From Marsupella aquatica (taxonomy: Eukaryota; Plantae; Marchantiophyta), in assembly GCA_973895155.1 (NCBI GenBank), contig OZ316894.1, positions 11,089,792-11,153,791 on the forward strand: a DNA stretch of 64,000 nt, read 5' to 3'. This document shows, piece by piece, positions 49,178 to 60,364 of this stretch. The notes beneath the pieces are model-generated. The model worked only from the letters and a program-made list of their open reading frames with translations. It did no database searches and was not told the origin of the DNA. How positions within the stretch are numbered: position 1 is the first letter of the stretch; every line of letters begins with the position of its first letter. Position numbers and translations under genes: made by a program.

Positions 49178-52086
49178 AATTTAATTAAACTCTTATGCCC
49201 CATCCAAATCTGGGCTACATAGTCAAAGAGAAAAATCATGAATAGGATAGCAATAATTTTACACAAAAAGACAGCAGTCGACAGTGGACACTACTACGCT
49301 ACAATTGCCAACAACTTAAACATATTTTCAGAGCATGCTCAACTTGATTATCATTTTTCTATCACACAGCGACATTCATTTTTTGAATCCCAGTTTTTGA
49401 TGTGTAGTTATCACACCCTGAACTAATAGCAGTGAAGCATACTAAATCCTAATGTGGGTGAGGGTATAGGTGGCAGTATGAGGGCATGTCAGGGTCTGGC
49501 ATAATATTTAAAGGAAGGAAGGGACTTCAGACTGCCCGTAAATTTGTCTCAATATAATTTAGCTCAATGTCTTATTTCCTTGGCAGATCAATAATGCTCG
49601 ATAACACTTTTACTCAACATCACTTACTATCAACAATATTGTCTTATGCATTGGGCTAGTTTAATTACAACTCTAATGACCCAAGAGAAATACATGACCC
49701 AAGAGAAATTCTTGATGGATCCCATAAAGTTTTGGGTTTGTTGATTTAAGGTCTATGAACAGTCTGGATCACTCATGGGGTCCATCAAACTAAAATCTAT
49801 ATTGTAAAGGTCCAGCAAGCATATCTGTCCTAGTGACCATCCAAATATCGGATACACACTATAGAGAAAATCAGAAATAGTATTGAGGTACAATCTAGGG
49901 TGTCTAAATGCAAGGTCTTGGGAAGACATCCCAAACCTGCGCTTGTCCATGTTGAGCACTATGTCATAAGTGAATGTAATGTCATTAATGCATATCTCCA
50001 TATGTGCATGTTGTACTTTTCAAGAAGTGCACTGAAATTGATTATAGAGTTCTGTTTTGTCATATCATCCACATAGTTCTCCTCGTACCCCAAAAGTGCA
50101 GATATAAGTGCATCAAAGTACCACGCATAGTTGCCACTACACTTATCAAAAATTTCCTTCAACGTTTGCATTGCGGATTGGTAAATGCATGCACACTCCT
50201 ATATCTGTAAGTAATAGATAAATCTAGAGAGATTTAGTAATTTAGTGATTACTCACAATAATAGTAGATGGTGAATTTATTGGTGTATTTTTAAAATAAA
50301 ATACATTATTAGAGAATTACATGATCAACCTGTAGTCACCCATCACCCATGGAATGTATTGATGCAGTGTGCACTTAGACTAAATCCAGAAGTGGAGTGA
50401 GGGTACAGGTGAGCAAACTTCCATTATGTGGCATGCCCGCGTTGGGGATATTATTATTTGGAGGAAGGGGGAGTCCTCGGACTGCCCCTGATCGTGTCAG
50501 GCACATGTAGTGAGTATGGGGTCCGGTGTCGGACCGGCTCAGCGAGTAATGGAACGCACACGACGAGCGTACAAGAGGAGGAAAGATAGGAAAGATCAAA
50601 GATTGAAAGATGGGTCTAATGTCCGATGACGGTCGGTCCACAAATCCGCGCGGCTGACCGTACGTCTGTCCTACACTTGCACGGATTCACTGCGGGCTGC
50701 TGCTCTCTGCCCTCTGCATGCTAATCTGCTGCACTCCTCTGGTCCGGTCCAGTCTCGTCCTCGGCCTGCACGAGCAGCTGATGAGTACATTTTTCCTGCC
50801 CGTCTGCCCGCATTCTTCCTGGGCATGGACGGGAACAGACGGTACCGTGATTCCATCTTGGGAAATACTATTACCTTATTTTGAATCTTAAAATTAGGTG
50901 TACACTGACTAGTCGGTCTGTCGGTGTATACGTCCAGATGCTTGGAATATTCTTCTAAAATGTTACATTCTTGTCCTAGTTTTTTTACTCTACAGAATGT
51001 TTGTATACTGATTAGTCAGAGTTTACATCAAAAACCTTGGAAATTTACGATCACTCTGAGTACAAACGTTTCAGAGTTATTAATTTGTTTGCGCGAACCG
51101 GATGATGTGCTTCTTCGCCTACGGCACTCTAAATAACAAATTGGATTCTGGTCAGTTACTCTGTCGTTGGGGGCGACTGTAGCTCGTACAACCGAATCAG
51201 ATTCGGAGTGACCTGCCCGGGACGATTTACTGGGAGAGCAAAAAATTGTACCTCCAGATCGAACATCACAAGCCGGGCCGGGCAGGTAAGTGTGGGGAGC
51301 AAATCTGGGCGGGCAAGATAGTAAACTTCCCAATTCCCAAAAGATGCTCAACGAATCATCGATGGGTGGGGTACAATTATCTTTTTCGGGCAAGGGAAGT
51401 AAAAGGCCATGCAAATTCTATCTAGTCAGCAGACCGTAGCCAATCTGGGAAATCTGGGGAGGGAGATCTTTTCTGGCACCGTTCTCCAGTAAAGAGACAT
51501 GGTACAGTGTCGTACTCTTATCGTCACTGGCCATTATTTTTCAAAACCTGGCAGATCCGGGTCACCATAATTAGTCAAAAATATTCTTGAACACCACAGT
51601 GTGAGGATTTGGTACTCCCATTTCTGGGGACAGAGGAGATTTAAACCTTGTCAAGTCAGCACCATTTAACAGGCAAAAAAAACTATTTTTTTCCCTCGGG
51701 AATACTTGATTCTGGTCTAGGGTTTACCCCAGTGGTGGGAAGGGGTGAAAACGGAGTTACGCAGTGGGATTCTGTTTTCTGTGCAGCGCGCTGGAGGGAC
51801 GGGGCAGAGTTCACAGACCAGGTCAGTGGACAAAATGTTCGTTGCGAGGCCCGATAATGATGATGGTGATGGGTCCCGGACTCCGGGCAGGAGAAAGCTA
51901 CCAGTCGATTTTATGAGCTGCCCGGGCCAGTCGTCGTTGTTCCTATACGTCTTGCACCGTCCACCATGTCTAAGTGCAGCATGGATAACTGCATTCCGTG
52001 GATAAGTGCATGCTGGCCTCGTACCGCGCGCCATCCAGGTTTGCCACTATAAAACATTTGCGGGAGCAAACCATTTAACAGGCAAA

Positions 52087-52311
52087 ATGGTGCGCGCCAT
52101 CCAGGTTTGCCACTAAAAAGAATTTGCTCTCTCAATCCCTCAGAGTTTGGGTTGAGCATTTGCAATCTGGGATTGCAACGTTAGTGATCCTGCTGTAAGG
52201 TCCCACAATAATGTCCTTGGTACCCTAAAGCCTAGTCTAACCCATTCCAAATCGGATAAGCGCATGTGTACCTTATTTTTTTTAGTGGCAAACCTCAATG
52301 GCGCGCACCAT
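52087..52311. repeat. 33-bp inverted repeat pair (MITE-like), with an extra direct copy at ~52026
   Basis: ATGGTGCGCGCCATCCAGGTTTGCCACTAAAAA (52087-52119) is the inverted complement of 52279-52311 with 2 mismatches. No TSD seen. Confidence 0.6.
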
Positions 52312-53149
52312 GTAACCCTTTCTTTAGTGACAAAAATTTGCCAAATTCCACCTCCCCAAAAATCTTTTGCCACTTTTGGCAAAATCTTGCTACTATTTCT
52401 CTGTCTCATTAGCCAGTGTTTCATCTAATCACAGACCCCATTAGCCAGAATCTAACGGTCAGCCTTAAATCCAGGGAGATCCAACGGTAAGGGAAATTAA
52501 TTGAATAGGGAATCTTTTGAGCATCTTCTCTGTCACACACCATACATTCGCCACTCAGGCCAAAAAGTAAATTCCTTAAAAAATAAGCTGGCAGGGAGGG
52601 TGGCAGCGAGACCTTCAAGGTGTCTCCTGTTTTGTCGCCCGGCTAGTGTCACTTTTGTGGAGGGAGAAGATAGTAGGAAAATTCCTTATCATGAATGAAT
52701 TTCTAACCATGAAATCTCTAAACTTACTGATGATGGTTAGATTTTGGCTACTGGGGTCTATAACTGGTGGAAAAGTGGCTAGTGGGACACACAAATCTAG
52801 CAACTTTTTGCCAAAGTGACCAAATCTTTTTGGAGAGGTGGAATCCAGCTAATTTTAGTCACAAATCTACGCTTTAGCCAAAATGACTAATTAAGACTCT
52901 TTGGAGAGGTGGAATCTAGGGAATTTCCGCAACTAAAAACAGCCCTGGAGTGGGGGGGGGGGGGGGGGTAGGAGGCCGAGGAGGAACGCGGGCAGCAGAG
53001 AATCAGGGGCAGCAGCAAGAAGGCAAGGTGGGAGATTCATGGTGGGAGACTGGGAGAGGGAGGGAGGGCCAGGGGATGGCGCAACCTTGTTTGCTGTGCT
53101 GGCGGCCATTATTTCGCCCCAAACTTTCGGGATCTGCTCGCTATTGACT

Positions 53150-54790
53150 CTCGAGGCTACACTACTAGTAACTACACTCTACTACTACTGCTGCCCCGCG
53201 CTGCCCTGCCCTGCCCTGCCCTGCCCGCCCGGGCGGAGAGGAGGAGATATCGGGAGGAAAGGGCAGAGCGACAACAATCGTCACGAGTGTAGATATTTTC
53301 CTTTTCTGTTCCTGACCAAAACTTCCGTCAAAAGTGGTCCTTGCCCCACTTGGGCATGGATGCAGGATCTCCTCTCCTCTGCTGCTGCTCTAGTAGTAGT
53401 AGTAGTAGTAGTGAAGCAGTGTACAGTGGTAGTGCTGTGAGCTTTTTATATACACCGGCGATCCTGAGGCAGCACTTTTCCACACATTCTTCCCCTTCCG
53501 ACAGTCTCGCGCAATCTCTCGCCTAGCTTTTTTCCCTCTGATCGTCATCATCCGCTGCTCTGCTGCCGAGACTGATGAGTGGGGAGGATTGTGTCGTCGA
53601 TCTGTTGCTCTGCTTCTTTCCCTCTGCTGCTAGTCTGTCTCGAGGACTCCACTGCTCGTGTGGTTGGGTGAGTTCACAATTATTCGCCCAACGCAAGAGC
53701 GGAGAGAAGATTACTACTCCTCTTCAATTCATTCTCTCGCTCTCGCTCTATCTCTCTCATCCGGGATGGAAGGAGGGAGGGACGGGGAGTAAGAGCGGCG
53801 GTGTGGGTGGGATTGTGCTGGGGTGGGCGGGGAGCGTGTGGAGGTACTCATCACTCGTGCGAGCGCGTTATCTGTTCTTGATGAAGAAGCCCTTGCATCA
53901 GAAGAAGCAGCAGGACCAACTTTGAGCAGCTCCTTCTCCTTCAGTCTACCTCTTCTTTTCGTTGCGGTTGTCGTCGTCTCGTTTCACTGCACCTCTTTGT
54001 GCTGCTGCTCTCGTCATCGCCTGAATCCAGCACGTGGGACACAGTTCGTCTCAAGTGGTTTGGGGGTTTTTGGATTCTACGTGCTCCATGCATCTTCGGG
54101 CAGAAGGTTATTGAGGCAGCTCCTGGTGCTGTTACTGGGTCGGTAGGCAAGCAGGCAGGCAGGCTGTCTCTCGCTCGACTGTTTGCCACTGTGGGGTGGT
54201 GGTCGACATGAGAATGATGGACAGGAGAACTAGCGTGCTGCTCCTGTTCTAACGGGAGCGCGATAGAGCGGAAGAAGTCGTTTGGGAAGACGAGAATCTC
54301 GCAGCTGCAGGATTAGTGTAGTGGTGGTGGAGCGGGCGAGCGAGCAATCGAGGAGGGTCGCCGATTATTGCAGCTTGGAGCTACTGGTGCCGCGCGACTG
54401 CTATGTCTTGAGCATCATGCATCGGTTGATGAATGGGTTTCTAAGATAGGTAGGGAGGGAGGGAGACGAGAGACTGATCAACACGGGCAGGAAGGAGCAC
54501 AGTGTAGGATGGGAGCAGCTGGCAGGTTGGGAAGACCATTTCGGCGATGGTGGACGAGAATGGACGCTTGTAACTATGGCAGGGATGAGGGCGAGGCGTG
54601 AATGGATGAGTGAGTGATCGATGCATCTACTGCAGCCGAGCAGCAGCAGCAGCAGCAGCAGCGGCGGCGGCAGCGGCGGCAGGTTCTTGTGGAGGAGCTG
54701 GGTGGCGAGCCATCCTTGCGATCTTGGCCGTGGCCGCTCTCCGTTATGTTTCAAGGAGTTCTGGATTTCCACGTCCCATGAGGTACTATT
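53150..54790 (+). other. Probable long 5' leader region of the host gene, with microsatellites (TAC)n, (GCCCT)n, (TAG)n and (GCA)n(GCG)n
   Basis: TE-free, GC-rich and SSR-rich sequence upstream of the coding exons. The transcription start cannot be determined. Confidence 0.45.
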
Positions 54791-55204
54791 TTATGCCCGC
54801 TTCATCTGTGCCTGAATGTGTTTAGCAAATTTAGTGACTCCTGTCGAGATCCCCACCACCGGGGCAGGACCTCAAAGTAGTAATCTTGATTGATTGCCTC
54901 GTTTAGGTACCCAATATTCCGGAGTTGTCAATTGTGAAGCCGAGCACTTACATGCACGGAAAATCTAAGGACTTTTCAGCTGAAATGTAGCATTTACAGT
55001 CTGGGACTGTTTTGGATCTGTGATATGCAGAATCACTAAAGCGAAGAGGAGTTAGGAGAAGTCACGAAAACCGGGCGCGATTCCACCGTGCAGAGATAGG
55101 TAGTCCAGAATTCTTAACAAGTAATTTGACGGGTCCAAGGGCGAAAGGTTTGGTTATCTTTGTGGGATTAGGAGAGGAGAAACAATAGGGAAGTGAGTAA
55201 GGGG

Positions 55205-55390
55205 ATGAAAAGTGAAGATGGCAATGATGTCAAGAAAGCGTTAGTGGTCCACTTCATAGGAGGAGAGGGCAGTCGTGGTGGAGGGCAAGGCAGTCGTGGA
55301 GTAATAGGTCCTGCGGAGGGCGTGGGTTCATTCCATCCATTCTGTGCTGCCACCGTACGTGGGTTGCTACTTCCGTCTACCGCAAAACAG
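55205..55390 (+). CDS. Candidate first coding exon of the DUF863-like gene
   Basis: ATG at 55205 is open to a phase-0 CAG|GTGAAT donor, compatible with the phase-0 exon at 58303. No homology support. Confidence 0.3.
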
Positions 55391-58302
55391 GTGAATCTTG
55401 TGCTTCCGATCGAGAATCAAAATCTCGCAGACTCTCAATGTGGGCAGCCCTAAGCTTTTCTTAGGGCTCTTGGATGAATGCGTGCACTGGAACCCTTAAA
55501 AGTCGGACAGTGGGAGGAACTCAGATGAGAGGGCTGCCCGAGCATGGGATTGTTACGTGCACCATAGACCACGCTGAAGGGGCATCTCCGATACGTGGAT
55601 TGAGCAAATATCGAGGCCATTTGCACAGAATTCTCGATTGGATAAAGCACTTAAGGGCACTGTTGGGAGACGATGCTCGGCATGCACGATTTTATATTTT
55701 TTCGTAATACAGCCTCAAGAGTGCTGTTACAGTACAGCTAGTCTATCTCTCTAGATGCCGTTTGCAGAAATCTCGGTTCGCTTTGCTAGGACAGGAGTTT
55801 AAACACCGGGTTGCGTGGTCACTCCCGGAACATCCTTCCGCCGCAGATGAAGAACGTCACCCGTTTAGTTTCTCCTTTCAGCCTCTATGTGTTTGTCATC
55901 CTGTGGGTTTTCATGACTTCTGGCGTTTGAATGCCCTGCGAGACGACCTACTGTGATCTTCGTGTTGCCTGTTCGGAGTGAGCTGAGCAATAGAAGGTCC
56001 TTTGATTATCGCTGTTCTCTTCTACTGGCCATCTTCTCACCCTAAAGAAATTTTCAATCTGCAGGTTCCGAGTTGGTGTACAATTAGACTCTCTAATAGT
56101 CAGTCCTCGAAATTGAGTTTGGCAGACGATCTGCCTGTCCCCTAACAGCTGCCAGAAATCTACCCGGGCGCAGCTGCTGAAATCAGCACATTGAAAGGCC
56201 AGGTAACAGGCATGAACCGATGGAAAGGAGATGTCAGGAAACCCGTTGACGTAAGCTCTCACCCTCGCAAATTGAATAGTTTCCCCTCCTTGCTTGACGC
56301 GTTCTGATCTGATAGCAGATCGTGGCCTGTCTGTCAGTTTTTGGCATTCAATTTGAGGAATTGCAATTCCTTCAATGCAATAGGTTCAAGATTGCGAATA
56401 TGCCAGATTTGTGTTATTGAGAAACACATCTGTCATATTCTCAAGCGAGAAGATCGTGTTCTTCAGATGCAAGAGCATATTGAGTGAAGGGGACTTTACA
56501 GAATGATCTTTCTTTCATTCAGGAAATTCGAAGATATCACCTGTCGGTCCACACCCGATTTCTAGGACATGTTGCGTGTCCAAGTGCGTGAATCCGCACC
56601 TGTAGCCTGTAGGAATCTGTCTCATGAGCTCAACAGGAAATGTTTGTCAGCTTAGTTCACACTGTCAGCTGTGGGCAATGTCTTACTGCAGCTGGATGCC
56701 GAATGAATGCCAGACGGTTCTCTGTGAAGGAGTGAAACATTTGAAATTCTCGACAGTAGGGAGGATGTATGTAATCTTTGGACCGGAACGCCCAGAAGCA
56801 GATCTTGTTCTATGTATCCTATGCATCCTATCTCTAACTCTGTTACGCGTAATACTGCTGTGGAGTCGATATGGTTGGTCTCCATGTATGAGCGAACTGG
56901 TCTGGGATGGATTAGTGTTCATTCACGAAATCGACCTTTACCCTTCGTGTCATAATTCATTGACAAAGGCACGTCCTGAGTCTGCACACAATGCTAGGGT
57001 CAGGCTGCATACCCAGTTCTTCAGCAATCCCTGTTAGTGGTGCCTGCTGAAGAGCTTGAAACTCGCGATGCTGTAAAGCCACTTTAATGGTCCTCTACGT
57101 GTTGGTGGAGGGAAAAGCACCTGGTAGTCAACCTTGCCTGTTGGTGATTTCCTCTTGGTACATATGAGCCAGTCTACACGAGGAGCACTTGTATGCAAAG
57201 AATTCTTAGTGTCCCTGGGTTTCTGGTCACATTGTTGGCAAGAATATTTCCGAACCTGTTCCTCTATCAGGTCGCGTCCTAGTTGGCAGCTCCCAATTGC
57301 TGCACAATGAATATTAGATAGTACTATTTTGTACCTGACACACCTGTCTCTTCGTGAAGTGCGAAACCATACTCGAGCAAGGGCATGTGTGCCCGTGACA
57401 AACAGAAACGTCCAGATATAGTCGTTGTAGCTCGATGCACTCTTCGCTTTAGTTCTCTTTTGGTTTGGTACTCAGAAAGGATGTCGAAGATTCGTGACAG
57501 AGAATTCAAGGGGATGGTAGTTGTAATGGCTGAAAACAGATCATGGTTCTTTCCCATGCCTTACATGGACCCATAAACGTATGTACCCTGTTATGTCATC
57601 TGTCCCTGGAGAGGACTTTATTACCCGGAAGCTTTGCTCGTTAGAGGTCTTGGCAGAGAAGGGGCTATGTATGTGGGTTATAGGCAGTGACACGTGCTGG
57701 ATAGTGTCCCAGCCGCCCAGATTGTAGCAAAGACCTTGCTTCATTGACATGAACATAGACTTCAAGGTGTTTTGGCAAAGATATCGTTATTCTAAAGATG
57801 ATTTAGTCAGAAAGATTCGTAAGCCATCCGACTAGTGCCTGCTCCGATTGGATTCGAATTCGATACCTTACGTAGTTGGTAGTCGTGCCCAATTGCGTAC
57901 CTTCGTACTTGTTTATGGCACAACGTCTAGTGGTTCAGCGATGTGTATGTTTTGTTGACTTTATGAACTCCCTAGTTTGTGTCCGCAGGATAACTGGTGG
58001 TAGAAACCCATCCTTATACCCTCTTTTGTGTCCTGAGTAGGAGGTTTTGTGTTTGGTTTACTGCGTGTGTCATGGAGATGTGATGTCAAAGGTCGTGCTT
58101 TATTACTTGGTGACTTTCTCGTTCCTGATGTTTATAGTTAATTGTCCTGTCATTCGATCACTTTCTGAACTCCAAAGTGAATTGGCTTTTCATGCAGCAT
58201 TTTGGATGAGCAGAGATCTGAACGGCCCGTTGATTTGTTGGTAGTCCACTGCTTGTGAGTTTCCACTTCTTTTCCTAACTTATCGAACCTGTACGTCTGC
58301 AG

Positions 58303-58680
58303 ACACCAGACAATGTGGGAGGCAAGGCAGATTCCGCAGACTCGTCATTTGGATCTACCCTTTCAAAAAAGTCAAAGAGTGATTTCAAATTGAGGGCTAA
58401 TCAGGCCTTCAAATCCCAATCTAAGGAGAATTTACCCACCTCAACTTTTAAGCAATCGATGAGTCATAACAATGAGGCTGGGAGTCCAATGGACGTGCAG
58501 CGAGATAGAGATCTTAGAAAGCAAGCAAACTCCGTTTCGAGGGAATCACTTTTCCTGGAGAAGGAGGTGTTCATTCCACAGAAAGGAGAAGCGGAGGAGT
58601 CATTGCCCCTGGAGCCTGTGTTTGATATGTATCACGTACGGAGTATCATTTTAAGACAGGAAGCTGAGTTTCGAGAGCAG
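58303..58680 (+). CDS. DUF863-like protein, coding exon
   Basis: TGCAG acceptor; ends VRSIILRQEAEFREQ|GT, the first half of the DUF863-type motif (L..E..F..QV.ELHRL...Q..LM). Confidence 0.8.
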
Positions 58681-59355
58681 GTGCTGATCTCTCCTTTGAT
58701 ACATATGGACTTGTAGTTGTCACTCAGTTGTCAACGGGTTACCCAGAGTGTACGTAGTTTATTGTCGTGGTGTAGGTGGTCTTCTTTGTTCCAATGTTTC
58801 TCAGAGAATTGATGGCCTGAGGGACATCTTGAGTCTTGAACAGTCTGTTTTACACTTTGAAACCACTCCCGAAAAAACTGTTGAGGACGTCATGTAAATC
58901 AGACCCAACTTTTCCTCTTCGTCCTAGTGTTCCGCGAGGTGATTTCCACGAAAGAATAGTTCGTACCACCAGCTAAGTCTAGGATTGGAGCTCTTCATTC
59001 CTTGGTGAACTCTTATCTCACCTTCCTTCTGCGTCACCTGAGACCTCAGTATCTCAGTGATGAAGCCACCTTTCGCAATAGTTGTTGCAGAAAGCTGAGC
59101 TTTGTATCGTGTAGCAATTTGAGTGCTGATTTGGTCTACAGTTCTCCCATGGTCTGGATGTTTGGCAACTCTTTGTATCATATCAAAGTTTGTTAGAGGT
59201 TTGTAGTTTACCGACTCGTGGACTGGTTCTGTCAATGGTATTGTAACCCTCATGTTCGTATAGTTTCGTTCTTTGGTTCTGGCTTGCAAGATTCGAGATT
59301 GTTAAAAGGAGCGCGGATGAGTATTATTAGCTCCTCACATGTATTGTTATTGCAG

Positions 59356-60219
59356 GTACGCGAACTGCACAGGTTGCATAAGGTTCAGACTCTCCTCATG
59401 GCTGAGATGAGAAGAAAAGACTCTGATCTCATGGCGCAGCGTTCCAGAATAGATATTGGCGGTCCGTCGCAGTCTCCTGCTGCTTTTGCTAAGAACTCAG
59501 GACAAGCGAATCCTCCAAGGGGGCATGGGTTTAGTAATACAGGATTTGATTATCAGTCCTCTATTGTTATGCCAGAGTTTTTAAAAGGCGGGTCTACCTT
59601 TAGGCAGAGAGATTCTCTTATGACCAGACCTCCGCAAGAAGCAAATCTGTTCAAGCAGAGTGCCCGTGTGCCACCTGCTCGCAAAACGTTTGATTTGGAG
59701 CGTCCTCCTGATGAAGACGACGATGAACAGCCAGAACGCACGCACAAACCGGAGGGAAACTGCATAAAGTTTATTGAATCACCCGAGTCCTGCACTAACG
59801 AGCCAGAGCCAGAGAGTGATATGTTTTCGCTAAATCTAAGCACTGGATGGAGCAGGGGAAAGGCTATAAGAGATGACAGTGAACAAGCAAACATCGCTGA
59901 ATATGAAATATCGAAAGCTTCAAAGCGTCCTAGGGAAGAGGCAGCTTTATTTCCATTCCTTGCTGTTAAGTCGGAAAGTTTACGAGAACTTCCAGTGCGG
60001 CCAACGCCAACTATGGCCGGTCAAAACTTTTTAGAAGGTCTGTGGGGACTTCAGTTAGGTGGGAGACTAGACAGCTCATCTACTCCAGATCGAAACAGGT
60101 CTCCTGACAGAACGGAAGCACCAAAGAAGAAAGAACGGCTGTCACTGAATCTTGAGGTCGAAGCGAAGGAAATGGCAGCGACCAGTGCCTCAAATGGTGC
60201 TCCACATTGGCTACTGAAG
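59356..60219 (+). CDS. DUF863-like protein, coding exon
   Basis: TTGCAG|VRELHRLHKVQTLLMAEM completes the motif; also RKTFDLERPPDE and LSLNL (EAR-like). Phase-0 donor AAG|GTATGA. Confidence 0.85.
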
Positions 60220-60364
60220 GTATGACGCAACACCTTCTAAGGCACGAATGCGTCTTTGATATGTTGAGAAACCATCTAAGAATGCCCGGTCCTTCGTTTG
60301 GCCACTTTTTTTGGTGTAAACAATGTGCGCTCTCTAACACCTTTGCGTGTTGGCTCCTTTTCAG

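Noticed and set aside
58640-59420. ELF3 orthologue (ELHRL..VQ motif)
   Set aside because: The context ILRQEAEFREQVRELHRL plus FDLERP fits DUF863-type proteins better, and other ELF3 blocks were not seen. No gene symbol was assigned.
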